64,000 nt of DNA. Source: Candidatus Magasanikiibacteriota bacterium. Lineage in GTDB: Bacteria > Patescibacteriota > Patescibacteriia > Magasanikbacterales > GWA2-37-8. The position numbers and the translations under genes were made by a program. Positions 55,201-63,673 of the stretch are shown in pieces. The notes beneath the pieces were generated by a model. The model ran no database searches, was not told where the DNA came from, and saw nothing but the letters and a program-made list of their open reading frames with translations. The DNA lies in contig JACPGS010000029.1 in the NCBI GenBank assembly GCA_016189025.1, positions 15,911 to 79,910 of the forward strand. The letters are read 5' to 3'. How positions within the stretch are numbered: the stretch's first letter is position 1; the number at the start of each line of letters is the position of its first letter.

Positions 55201-55314
55201 GCGGCGGCGATTGCCCGGGCAGTGCTCGCAACCGCCCTTGAGGAGGCAGGGGATAACTCGGCGGCCGCCGTGGACATCGCGGGCAAGCCAGTACGAATTT
55301 CTTTTCGTCGTTGA
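52288..55314 (+). CDS. ileS: Isoleucine-tRNA ligase (type 2)
   Basis: DGPPFATGLPHYGH, GWDCHGLP, WTTTPWT, GTGVVH, DWSISRQR and KMSKK. Confidence 0.97.
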   Translation: MYNANQEEQKILEFWEQDKTFEKSVAQRPADKPYVFYDGPPFATGLPHYGHFPASLMKDVVPRYWTMKGYRVERRWGWDCHGLPIENIVEKELGTKSKKEIEAMGVAKFNELCRSKVLGYVEDWEKIINRLGRWVNMENAYRTMDRDYMESVWWVFKQLWDKELIYKDYRSMHICPRCETTLSQQEVSEGYKEVKDLSVYIKFKIINAKEKLGVDGDVYMLVWTTTPWTLPGNVLLAVNPGQLQYLILEVVSHDVEGLPLKKGDKIIFGQKSDKRIFGSGIDLSKVSSEEIATVKYFEKGRIVFRMYKKVSKNLVDDGDFNGLVYEPLFPYYKETSNAFRVVEGDFISEDEGTGVVHIAPAFGEDDFKVGERENITLVQHIGMDGRFKPEVADFAGLEVKPKDDPTKTDVEIIKWLAHNGKLFSKQKIEHSYPHCWRCDTPLLNYATSSWFVKVTAVKDRAIELAKKINWSPEHIKEGRFGKWLEGARDWSISRQRFWASVMPVWHCEKCKDHENYKVFGSVADLEKASGQTITDLHKHIMDDVAFPCEKCGGTMKRVPDVLDTWFDSGSMPYAQVHYPFENKQKFEASFPAEFIAEGQDQTRAWFYYLHVLATALLDNTAFENVIVNGIVLAEDGKKMSKKLQNYPDPNLMLEKYGADALRYYLLTSPVMQAESLNFSEAGVREMYNKVVNTLWNVLEFYKMFGDNQKSKIINHQSGYILDRWIMAKLHELIKEVTEGLENYKLNEAGRPIVDFIAELSQWYVRRSRERIKSGSAEERVAALHTLREVLLTLAKVMAPFTPFLSERIWQEVNGAESNESVHLQSWPHPHGLHHESALLDEMALARKIVELGLALRAEAGIKVRQPLAALLVNKENFSHELLRIIADELNVTEVAYSEYPEGAGFAEKQEGGLAVWLNTTLTPELKQAGLVREIIRAINQERKNQGLTVADRVVVEYQTDDAEMGAALRGEAAAIARAVLATALEEAGDNSAAAVDIAGKPVRISFRR

Positions 55315-55346
55315 GCTGAAATTAATTAATCTAGACGGTGCAAGCT

Positions 55347-56543
55347 ATGACCGGCCGTCAGAAGACGCCAGGGGGAGAGTCAGCCTTGCGGCGTGTTAAG
55401 CGTCAGCTGGGGCCGGTGCAAGTCCTTAAATTATCGGCTCGCTCTCTACCCCAACTTCACGGCGCGCTCGGCCGGGCCGTGCGTCGCCCGGTTCAGGCGC
55501 TGGCGCGGCGGGAGTTACGGAAAATGACGGCCGACGAACGCGGTGAAGCATTGCGTTTTGTTCGGGGGTGTCGGGCGATTACCGAAGCGCGGCAGCAGAT
55601 CATTCAATCAGCGGATGTGCGTTGGGCGCTCGCTAGTTACCTTAAATGTTTAGAATATTGGGCGCGGGGGGCCAAACTCCAGGCGCTTTTAATTTCCCCG
55701 CTCCTGCCGCGGACGCTCGACGGTAAGCCGGTAACGGCGCTCGATTTGGCCTGGTGGCTCCAGAACGATAACCTCGGTTGCCAGAGCGGCCTGGTCAGAA
55801 CGGCGGGCGATCGGATACTGTTTTGGCATACCGAAGAAGACCGGCGGGGCGCCGTGGATCGTCCGCGTTTGCTATCGGCGACGGTGGGCGGCAAACGCTA
55901 TTGGTCTTTTTTGTATCCGCAATTGCTGCCCGGGGGAGCGTTTAGTTGGACCGGCCATCGCTTCCAGGCCGTTGATTCTCTTTACGTGCGCTTAGGAAAA
56001 AACGCTCCCGGCGTGCTGGCCAATGCCGCGGCCTGGATTGCCCTGTGGTTTGGTGAGCGCCTGCCGCTCTCCGCCGTGGCGCGCGCTCTGCGGCCGATGG
56101 CTGACGGGTATGCCATTAATTGGGTAATCCGCGGCGAGAGAGCGGTGCGCGGCGAGCGCGTTGAATTCGGGGGGCGGTCATTGCTCCGCTCCCCGCTACC
56201 CGGGCGGACCGGTAGCGCCTTAATTCAGGCCAACTGCGTTTCGGACCGACACAGTACCTTATGGCGGAAGTTTAATTATGCCACCGCGCGTAAAGATCGG
56301 CTGTTGCGCAATCGGCTGAAGCGTTCCTGGCAATATCTAGGTCGTTGCTTTAGACAGAGCGGTACCCTGACCATCCCCGCGCTCCAGACTCTTTTGGCCT
56401 CGCGGCAGGGCGGCGCCTACGGTTATGCCAATGCCGATGTGAAGGCTTACTGTTTTGGCGAGGCGACGCCGGTCGGGATCTCGGTCTATGTGGGGAGCGG
56501 ACCGGCCTTGGTTTCCGATCAGCCGCCGCGGTTTGGTTGGTAA
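55347..56543 (+). CDS. Putative Ntn-hydrolase (peptidase C45-like)
   Basis: NLGCQSG...LFWHTEED resembles the C45 GC...HNED autoprocessing pattern; weak. Confidence 0.5.
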   Translation: MTGRQKTPGGESALRRVKRQLGPVQVLKLSARSLPQLHGALGRAVRRPVQALARRELRKMTADERGEALRFVRGCRAITEARQQIIQSADVRWALASYLKCLEYWARGAKLQALLISPLLPRTLDGKPVTALDLAWWLQNDNLGCQSGLVRTAGDRILFWHTEEDRRGAVDRPRLLSATVGGKRYWSFLYPQLLPGGAFSWTGHRFQAVDSLYVRLGKNAPGVLANAAAWIALWFGERLPLSAVARALRPMADGYAINWVIRGERAVRGERVEFGGRSLLRSPLPGRTGSALIQANCVSDRHSTLWRKFNYATARKDRLLRNRLKRSWQYLGRCFRQSGTLTIPALQTLLASRQGGAYGYANADVKAYCFGEATPVGISVYVGSGPALVSDQPPRFGW

Positions 56544-56607
56544 GCGGCATTGACAGTCGGAGTTAGTTTGCGCTATACTAGGGGCATTATTCTCTTGATG
56601 GCGATTT

Positions 56608-57597
56608 ATGTTGACTATTCGTCAGGTTTTTGAGCTCGGGTTAAAGTTGGCCATTGCCGCTGACCCGCGGGGGCGCGCTGGAGTGTTGCGTCACTTAGCG
56701 CGAGTAAAAAAAGCGTACCAGGATTTGAAGCCAAGCGAGAAGAAATGGTTTGACCAGGAGAAGTTGACTAACCCTTACGCCGACAGCGCCGTGCACGTGG
56801 ACGACGGCAAAACCACGGTGCGCCGGGCGCTCGCCGGCATTGACATTAACGGTCCGGAAATTTTGCTCGCCAGCCAACTGAACGAACGGGGCAAAAAAAT
56901 TGATCTGGTAATTTCCCACCACCCCGAAGGCAAGGGGCTGGCTAATCTGCACGAAGTGATGGAGCTGTTCGTGGATGTTTACGATCGCTACCACGTGCCG
57001 GTGCATATTGCCGAAAAAATTATTGAAGAGCGGATTAAAGAAGTGGGGCGCGGGGTGCACCCCATCAACCACTTCCAGGCGATTGACATTGCCAAGGCGC
57101 TCGGCATCAATTTTATCAGCACCCACACCATTACCGACAATCTGGTGGATAATTTTATGCGCGGATTTTTGGCGCGGAAAAAATCGGCGACGGTGGGCGA
57201 TTTAATGGAAGCGCTGTTGGAGCTTCCCGAATATCAAGCGGCCAAGCGCGCCGGCGCCGGTCCTAAAATTATTTCCGGCGGCCCCGGCCACCGCACCGGC
57301 AAAATCCTCATTGAAATGACCGGCGGCACCAACCCCAGCCCCAAAGTTTACGAGCGGCTGTCGCAATACGGCATCAGCACCATCGTCGGAATGCATATGC
57401 GCGACGAGGCGATGAAGCAGGCCAGCGAATCGCACCTGAACGTAATTATCGCCGGGCACATATCCAGCGATTCTCTCGGCATGAATTTATTCCTTGATGA
57501 ACTGGAGAAGCGCGGGGTGGAGATTGTGCCCTGCGGCGGGCTGATTCGGGTGAGCCGGCTGCCCCAGCCGAAAGCAAAATCTAAAAGGAGCCATTGA
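56608..57597 (+). CDS. NIF3 (NGG1-interacting factor 3) family protein
   Basis: ADPRG, NPYADS, GID, SHHPEG, HTITDN and AGHISSDSLG. Confidence 0.85.
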   Translation: MLTIRQVFELGLKLAIAADPRGRAGVLRHLARVKKAYQDLKPSEKKWFDQEKLTNPYADSAVHVDDGKTTVRRALAGIDINGPEILLASQLNERGKKIDLVISHHPEGKGLANLHEVMELFVDVYDRYHVPVHIAEKIIEERIKEVGRGVHPINHFQAIDIAKALGINFISTHTITDNLVDNFMRGFLARKKSATVGDLMEALLELPEYQAAKRAGAGPKIISGGPGHRTGKILIEMTGGTNPSPKVYERLSQYGISTIVGMHMRDEAMKQASESHLNVIIAGHISSDSLGMNLFLDELEKRGVEIVPCGGLIRVSRLPQPKAKSKRSH

Positions 57598-57602
57598 GTA
57601 AT

Positions 57603-57652
57603 TGTCATTTCGAGCGCAACGAGCCGCAGGCGAGTGAAGTCGAGAAATCTCT
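57603..57652 (+). repeat. REP-like GTCATTTCGAG...GAAATCTC element
   Basis: Variant of the 28658 and 44547 elements; AGGGATTCCT half-copy at 57667-57676. Confidence 0.55.
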
Positions 57653-57734
57653 TTATAGCCAAGATGAGGGATTCCTCCGCATTATTTTATTTTACAGCCT
57701 GCCCCGCGGGCTGTTTTAGTTAGGGAGGCATTAT

Positions 57735-58898
57735 ATGAACCTTTACGAATGGGAAGGGAAAAAATTATTTACTAAACACGGCATTGCTACGCCGCGCGGG
57801 GTGGTAGTGCGGCGCGGCGCGGATTTTGCGAAAGCATACAATGATTTAGGCATTAAGGAGGTGGTGGCGAAGGCGCAGGTGTTATCGGGGAAGCGCGGGA
57901 AAAATCAGGGAATTAAGTTTTGCTCTAGCGTTGAGGAAGTAACGCGAGCGTGCGAGGAGTTATTTAATACGAATTTCCGCGGGCAGTATGTGGCCGCGCT
58001 GTTAATTGAAGAGAAATTGGATATCGCCGAGGAACATTATTTGTCTATTACTTACGACACCAACAAAAAACAGCCGGTATTGATTTACAGCCGCCAGGGC
58101 GGGATGGAGATTGAGGAAGTGCCGGAAGCGCAGATTGAAAAAATAGGGTTGGATATTCGTAATGCGAATCTCGGCGTAATGGCAAGCCCAGACCCGTCCT
58201 CCCCCCAGGCATTGTGGCAATGTTTTCTCGCTGAAGATACCCGCCTGGTAGAAATCAATCCCCTAGTAAAAACCCGCGACGGCCGCTGGGTGGCGGCGGA
58301 CGCCAAAGTAGCGCTGGATGACGACGCGTTTTACCGGCATGAAGAATGGAAGCAACTGGAGCCGCGCACGATGCTGGGGCGGTTGCCCACCGAGCGCGAG
58401 GTGGCGGTGCGTAAAATTGACGAAGGCGAAAATTATTATCGCGGCACCGCTGGTAAATATATTGAAATGGACGGCGACATCGCCATTTTATTCTCCGGCG
58501 GGGGCGCCAGCATCGCCAATATGGATGCGTTAATTAAAGCGGGGCTGAAACCGGCAAATTATACCGAATACTCCGGCAACCCGCCGCGCGAAAAAGTTTA
58601 TCAACTGGCCAAAATAGTCTTATCCAAGCCCAACCTCAAAGGGCTCTGGATTGCCGGCGGCGTTGCCAACTTTACCAATATCGCCGAAACCTTCCACGGC
58701 ATTGTAGACGCGCTTGATGAAATTAAACCGACCTATCCGATTGTCGTCCGCCGCGCTGGGCCGTACGAAGAAGAAGGCATGCGTTTAATGCGCGAGTGCG
58801 CCGAGCGTAATCATTTGGATATGAAGCTATACGGCAAGGAAACCAGCATGAGTGAAACCGCAAAAATATTAGCTAAAGCAGTCCCAGTTAAAGTATGA
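57735..58898 (+). CDS. ATP-citrate lyase beta-like / citryl-CoA synthetase ATP-grasp subunit
   Basis: LYEWEGK, KAQV...GKRGK and EINPL. SGGGAS, ANYTEYSGNP and GGVANFT are the ACL citrate-binding signatures rather than SucC ones. Confidence 0.85.
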   Translation: MNLYEWEGKKLFTKHGIATPRGVVVRRGADFAKAYNDLGIKEVVAKAQVLSGKRGKNQGIKFCSSVEEVTRACEELFNTNFRGQYVAALLIEEKLDIAEEHYLSITYDTNKKQPVLIYSRQGGMEIEEVPEAQIEKIGLDIRNANLGVMASPDPSSPQALWQCFLAEDTRLVEINPLVKTRDGRWVAADAKVALDDDAFYRHEEWKQLEPRTMLGRLPTEREVAVRKIDEGENYYRGTAGKYIEMDGDIAILFSGGGASIANMDALIKAGLKPANYTEYSGNPPREKVYQLAKIVLSKPNLKGLWIAGGVANFTNIAETFHGIVDALDEIKPTYPIVVRRAGPYEEEGMRLMRECAERNHLDMKLYGKETSMSETAKILAKAVPVKV

Positions 58899-59143
58899 GC
58901 AGTAAAATTTTCTCATTTTTTTTGTTTTGCCTGGCCGTTATTTTGTTAGTAAAGGCTGTTGTACCATATCAAAATATAATGAAAGAATGTTATCCGGAGG
59001 TACCGACTCAATATAGAGTAACCGATTGCCCGACCCGGAAAAGTCAGCAACAGCGCCTGAAACAGGATCTTGTTTTTGACGGAGCAGTATGGCTGGCATG
59101 GATGGTAAGCGTATTTTTTGTGGTAAGGAAAAAACAGCAATGA
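58895..59143 (+). CDS. Small two-TM hypothetical protein
   Basis: ATGA overlap with the upstream gene; two hydrophobic helices and two Cys. Confidence 0.55.
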   Translation: MSSKIFSFFLFCLAVILLVKAVVPYQNIMKECYPEVPTQYRVTDCPTRKSQQQRLKQDLVFDGAVWLAWMVSVFFVVRKKQQ

Positions 59144-59150
59144 ATCTAAT

Positions 59151-60047
59151 ATGTCCATTTTAATTTCCCCAAATACCGAAGTTCTTATCCAGGGAATTAC
59201 CGGCAAAGAAGGCGCCAAGGCGGCTAAGGCGATGTTGGATTACGGCACCAACGTGGTCGGCGGCGTAACGCCCAACAAGGGCGGGCAGGAGGTGGAAGGC
59301 AAGCCGGTGTTTAATTCTATTAAAGAAGCCCTGGCACAATTGCCCGGAGCGAATACTTCTGCCATTTACGTCCCTCCCTTTGCCGCTAAGGCTGCGATCC
59401 TTGAAGCGATAGATAATAACATTCCGCTCATCAATGTTATTGTGGAACGTATCCCTATTAAAGATACGGCCTATTGTTTGGCGGCGGCGAAGGAAAGGGG
59501 GATCCAGATTATCGGCCCCAGTTCGCTCGGCGTAATGTGCCCGGGTATCGGGCGCATCGGGGTAATCGGCGGGCCTCTAGAGCTTACTAAGCAGATTTTC
59601 CAGCCCGGCAGCATTGGCATTATTTCCCGCTCCGGCGGTATGACGAATGAGGTGTCCTGGCAAGTGAGGAAAGCCGGTTTAGGGCAGAGCACGGCGGTGC
59701 ACGTGGGCGGCGATTTGCTGATGGGGACAACGTACGCTGACTTATTGCGTCTATTTCAAAAAGATGACCAGACCAAGGCGGTGATTATTTTTGGCGAGCA
59801 CGGCGGCAGCTATGAGTTTGAGATTGTTGATATAATTAAGAACAAGGAATTCACCAAGCCTTTGGCAATTTATATCGGCGGCAAATTTGCCAGCGCCCTG
59901 CCCGAGGGCATGAATATTGGCCACGCGGGCGCCATTGTGGAGCGCGGCCGGGGCGCTGCGGAAAAAGAGGAGGCCTTGCAAGCAGCGGGAGTGCTGATTG
60001 CCGGTCATTACGAACAATTGGCAGAGTTAATTAAACCCTTGGCGTAA
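59151..60047 (+). CDS. SucD-like CoA-binding subunit of citryl-CoA synthetase / ACL alpha N-terminal part
   Basis: QGITGKEG, IIGPSSLG, SRSGGMTNE, FGEHGG and phospho-His motif GHAGA. Confidence 0.85.
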   Translation: MSILISPNTEVLIQGITGKEGAKAAKAMLDYGTNVVGGVTPNKGGQEVEGKPVFNSIKEALAQLPGANTSAIYVPPFAAKAAILEAIDNNIPLINVIVERIPIKDTAYCLAAAKERGIQIIGPSSLGVMCPGIGRIGVIGGPLELTKQIFQPGSIGIISRSGGMTNEVSWQVRKAGLGQSTAVHVGGDLLMGTTYADLLRLFQKDDQTKAVIIFGEHGGSYEFEIVDIIKNKEFTKPLAIYIGGKFASALPEGMNIGHAGAIVERGRGAAEKEEALQAAGVLIAGHYEQLAELIKPLA

Positions 60048-60051
60048 AAAT

Positions 60052-60507
60052 ATGCCGCAAAAATTAATTTTTCTCTATCAACGCAAGTGGGTTCTATGGT
60101 TGGTTAGTTTAACGTTGGTAAGCGCCGGAGTAGCAATGTTTATTTTATCCTCCCGGCCAGCCGCCCTCCGCCAAGCAACGGCAACTGGCTCGGCTGAATT
60201 TTGCGCCGGCACCCTGGCGCAGTGCGTAGATAAAATGGTGCGATTCACCGGCACGGTTACTGATTTTGAATGGCAGCGCGTGCCGACGCCGGCCCCAGAT
60301 TATCCGGCGGAAACTTTATTGGATACCGAAAACTACGGCTATTTGGCGATTTACAGCAAAGAGCCGATATCGGCGCCGGTTGGCAGAAACATAATCATTA
60401 CCGGCCAGGCATCGGCGGTGACCATCCCCGGTACGCCCGGGGCAAAAATAGAGGAGCCATTTACCTATTATCGGGTTTTGGTGAGCGAATGGCGGGAAGT
60501 TAAATAA
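60052..60507 (+). CDS. Membrane-anchored hypothetical protein (OB-fold-like)
   Basis: N-terminal TM; VRFTGTV and IIITGQ strand pattern. Confidence 0.55.
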   Translation: MPQKLIFLYQRKWVLWLVSLTLVSAGVAMFILSSRPAALRQATATGSAEFCAGTLAQCVDKMVRFTGTVTDFEWQRVPTPAPDYPAETLLDTENYGYLAIYSKEPISAPVGRNIIITGQASAVTIPGTPGAKIEEPFTYYRVLVSEWREVK

Positions 60508-60539
60508 GACTGGAGAAGCATAGAAAAAACCAGATAAAT

Positions 60540-61457
60540 ATGAAGCGCTTTGTTTACACTTTACTGCTGGCTGTTTACTGCTTACTACCTATTGCAGGGG
60601 CCGCCAGCGTCGGTTTTGCGCCAGCGACTGGCTTGTGGTTTGCCAAGACCGAATTAAAGCCCCAGGAAACGATTGCCATCTACGCGGTGGTGGTTAATAA
60701 TACTTATCCGGCTTTTTCCGGCACCGTGGGTTTTTATGATAATGAAGAGGCAATTGATACTATAGAAATAGATCGGTTGGCTAAAGACGCGGCCCGGTTA
60801 ATTAAAGCCGCCTGGACGCCCGAAACCGGGGAACACCGGCTGGCGGCGCGTTTCCAAAAGGCTTATGCCTGGAGCGAGAGCGGCAATCGCGAGCCGCTGC
60901 CGCTCTCCGAAATTATCGGCGTTACCGGCGCTCCGCTTTCTGTTGCCGGCGGCGCGGTGGCGCCAGCCGGCGCTGCCGCGCTGGCGCTGCCGTCTCCGGT
61001 GACGGTAGCAGTGCGGCAACAGGGGGAGATTTTAGTGATTGCCGCCCCGGGGAGCGATTCAGCAGGCCCGTCCCCGGCTTCCTGGTTTGCCCGGGTTACC
61101 AAGCCGATTGAGGGGTTATTCAGCCGCAATCGCGAGGCGCTTAACCGCGCCGAGGAGATTGCCACGACGGTTACCACCACCGCCGCCAAAGTGTCAGGCG
61201 CGGTGGCTAAAACTCAAGCTACCGTAGAGCAGGGGCGTGCTTTTTACGAACAGGGCAAAAGCCAATTAGCGCGGGTGCGGCCCTACTGGGAGCGCGTCGC
61301 GGCCGTGGGCCGCCGGTTGCAGCCGGCCTGGGAGCGCCTATCGGGCAATAACGACCCCCGGCGCATTGGCTTGCTTATTGGCACGATTATAGTAGGATAT
61401 CTGGTAGCGCGCTGGCGGTGGCGCCGGCGCGATTACGATGAGTTACAAAATTATTAA
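60540..61457 (+). CDS. Surface protein with CARDB/Ig-like N-domain and C-terminal TM
   Basis: Signal peptide, IAIYAVVVN...VGFYDN...WTPETGEH, C-terminal hydrophobic helix and basic tail. Confidence 0.65.
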   Translation: MKRFVYTLLLAVYCLLPIAGAASVGFAPATGLWFAKTELKPQETIAIYAVVVNNTYPAFSGTVGFYDNEEAIDTIEIDRLAKDAARLIKAAWTPETGEHRLAARFQKAYAWSESGNREPLPLSEIIGVTGAPLSVAGGAVAPAGAAALALPSPVTVAVRQQGEILVIAAPGSDSAGPSPASWFARVTKPIEGLFSRNREALNRAEEIATTVTTTAAKVSGAVAKTQATVEQGRAFYEQGKSQLARVRPYWERVAAVGRRLQPAWERLSGNNDPRRIGLLIGTIIVGYLVARWRWRRRDYDELQNY

Positions 61458-61466
61458 GTTTTACCT

Positions 61467-62192
61467 ATGCGCTGGAAAACCTCCCTTACCAAAATAGAGA
61501 ACGAGCAGGAAATCATCCGTGGGCATAATCTGCAGCAACTGGTCCAGACCAAGACTTTTGTTGAGGTGATTTGGCTGCTGCTTAAAGGTCAGTTGCCGAA
61601 CGCCGCCGAGACCCGCCTGGCCAACGCCTTATTTGCCGCGGCGATTGATCATGGCGTTGGGGCGCCGTCGGCCACCGTGGCGCGGATGGTGGCTTCCACC
61701 GGTAATAGTTTACATACGGCAGTCGCTGCCGGCGTGCAGACGCTGGGCGAGCGCCATGGCGGCGCGATTGAGGGGGCGGCTGAATTTTTTCAGGAGAACG
61801 TCAATGTGACCGATGTTACCGGCCTGGTAAAATCTCTTAAAGACAAAAAAAATCGTATTCCCGGATACGGTCATAAAGTGTTGACGCATGATCATCGTGC
61901 CGATACCTTATTTACGATCGCTAAAGAAACCGGTGGTTATGGCAAGCATTGTACGTTTGCCGCGGCGGTCGGTGAGGCGTTAAACAAAATTTCCTCTAAA
62001 CCTCTACCCTTAAACATTGACGGGGCGATGGGCGCCATTATTTCGGACCTGGGTTTTGATTGGTGCCTCGCCCAGGGCTTTTTTATCATCGGTCGCGTGC
62101 CGGGCCTGGTAGCCCAGGTGTACGAAGAACTGACGAGCGGCGCGGGGGTGCGGCGCTTGAGCGAGGAGGAGATTGAGTATATTGGACAGTAA
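61467..62192 (+). CDS. Citryl-CoA lyase (citrate synthase-like fold)
   Basis: WKTSLT, IDHG, HGGA, IPGYGH, LNIDG and RVPGLVAQ. Confidence 0.9.
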   Translation: MRWKTSLTKIENEQEIIRGHNLQQLVQTKTFVEVIWLLLKGQLPNAAETRLANALFAAAIDHGVGAPSATVARMVASTGNSLHTAVAAGVQTLGERHGGAIEGAAEFFQENVNVTDVTGLVKSLKDKKNRIPGYGHKVLTHDHRADTLFTIAKETGGYGKHCTFAAAVGEALNKISSKPLPLNIDGAMGAIISDLGFDWCLAQGFFIIGRVPGLVAQVYEELTSGAGVRRLSEEEIEYIGQ

Positions 62193-62288
62193 GCGGTAAT
62201 GGCAATAAATGGCCGAACAATCTATTATTAGAAGCCCGCGAATACCCGGCGGCTTGCCGCCGCCGGGTTGGGTTTATTAGGATAGATT

Positions 62289-63569
62289 ATGCTCGAACAA
62301 ATTCTTGATCTGCACATTCACTCCAAATATTCCCGCGCTTGCTCGCCGGCTTTGGAGTTGCCGAATATTGCCCGGGCCTGCCGGCAGAAAGGGATCGATA
62401 TTGTATCCGCCGGCGATTTTACGCACCCGCTGTGGTTTAAGCATCTGGCGGAAAATTTGGCGGAGGAAAATGAGGGAGTATATGTATTAAGATCGGAGAT
62501 CGGAGATCAAAAATCCAAAGTTCGGTTTATTTTGAGTACGGAAATTTCCTGTATTTATAGCCACGGGGGGAAAACGCGGCGCATCCATTTGCTGATTTTT
62601 GCCCCGGCGCTGGCCGCTGCTCAAAAGTTTAATCAAGCATTAGAGAAACGCGGGGTTAATCTTAAAGCGGACGGGCGGCCGATTATGGGGCTCTCGGCCA
62701 AGGAGATTGTCCAGATCTGTCTAGCGATTGACGAACGGATGATGGTGGTGCCGGCGCATGCCTGGACGCCTTGGTTTTCGGTGTTCGGCTCCAAATCCGG
62801 CTATGACTCGCTGGCGGAATGTTTTGAGGAGTTTGTGCCACAGATTCACGCCATTGAAACCGGGCTCTCCAGCGATCCGCCGATGAACCGCCGGTTAAGC
62901 GCTTTGGACAATATCACGCTGATTTCCAATTCCGATGCGCACAGTCTGGATAATCTGGGGCGGGAGGCGAATGTTTTTGCTTTCACGGATTACCCGGATA
63001 TTACGTATGATAGAATTACCCGGATTATTAAAACCGGAAATCGCCAAAAATTTTTATACACCATTGAATTTTTTCCCGAGGAAGGCAAATATCATTACGA
63101 CGGGCATAAAGATTGCCAGGTAGTGTTGTCCCCGGCCGAGAGCAAACGCGAAGGAGGGCGTTGCCCGAAATGTAAAAGGCCGCTGACGATCGGCGTGCTT
63201 AACCGAGTAGAAGAATTAGCCGATCGGGCGGCCGAAGAAATCCCCGCGGGGAGATTCATTCCCCACCGTTCCCTGGTGCCGCTGCGCGAAATTATCGCCG
63301 CGGCGTTTTCCGTGGGAGTCGCCAGTAAACAGGTGGCGGTCGAATATCAGCGTTTGGTTAAAGCGCTCGGCAGCGAATTTGCCATTCTGCTGCATCGTTC
63401 GGCGGCGGAAATTAATCAAATGGCCAGCACCCCGGCAATTGCCGCCGGCATTGAACGGGTGCGGGCCGGCCGGGTAACGGCGCGGCCCGGTTACGACGGC
63501 GTTTTCGGCGTAGTGGATGTTTTAGGCGCAACACGCCCGCCGGCGCCGCGCCAAGCCGCCTTGCTTTAA
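62289..63569 (+). CDS. PHP-domain endonuclease Q family protein
   Basis: DLHIHSKYSRA, AHAWTPW, ETGLSSD, NSDAHS, LGREAN, GKYHYDGH, CPKC and PGYDG. Confidence 0.88.
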   Translation: MLEQILDLHIHSKYSRACSPALELPNIARACRQKGIDIVSAGDFTHPLWFKHLAENLAEENEGVYVLRSEIGDQKSKVRFILSTEISCIYSHGGKTRRIHLLIFAPALAAAQKFNQALEKRGVNLKADGRPIMGLSAKEIVQICLAIDERMMVVPAHAWTPWFSVFGSKSGYDSLAECFEEFVPQIHAIETGLSSDPPMNRRLSALDNITLISNSDAHSLDNLGREANVFAFTDYPDITYDRITRIIKTGNRQKFLYTIEFFPEEGKYHYDGHKDCQVVLSPAESKREGGRCPKCKRPLTIGVLNRVEELADRAAEEIPAGRFIPHRSLVPLREIIAAAFSVGVASKQVAVEYQRLVKALGSEFAILLHRSAAEINQMASTPAIAAGIERVRAGRVTARPGYDGVFGVVDVLGATRPPAPRQAALL

Positions 63570-63583
63570 GAGCAAACAGAAAC

Positions 63584-63613
63584 AAAACCCCCCTGACAAA
63601 TCAGGGGGGTTTT
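63584..63613. terminator. Bidirectional intrinsic terminator
   Basis: AAAACCCCCCTGA-CAAA-TCAGGGGGGTTTT between convergent ORFs. Confidence 0.82.
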
Positions 63614-63622
63614 AACTGTTAA

Positions 63623-63673
63623 CTAACGGCGGCGTTTCTTGCCGCCCTTCTTGGCCTTTTTCTTCTTTGCCAT
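63623..63673 (-). CDS. 16-aa highly basic micro-protein MAKKKKAKKGGKKRRR
   Basis: Strong SD AAAGGAGGTG 6 nt before ATG 63673, TAG stop, terminator directly after. Confidence 0.65.
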   Translation of the reverse strand: MAKKKKAKKGGKKRRR

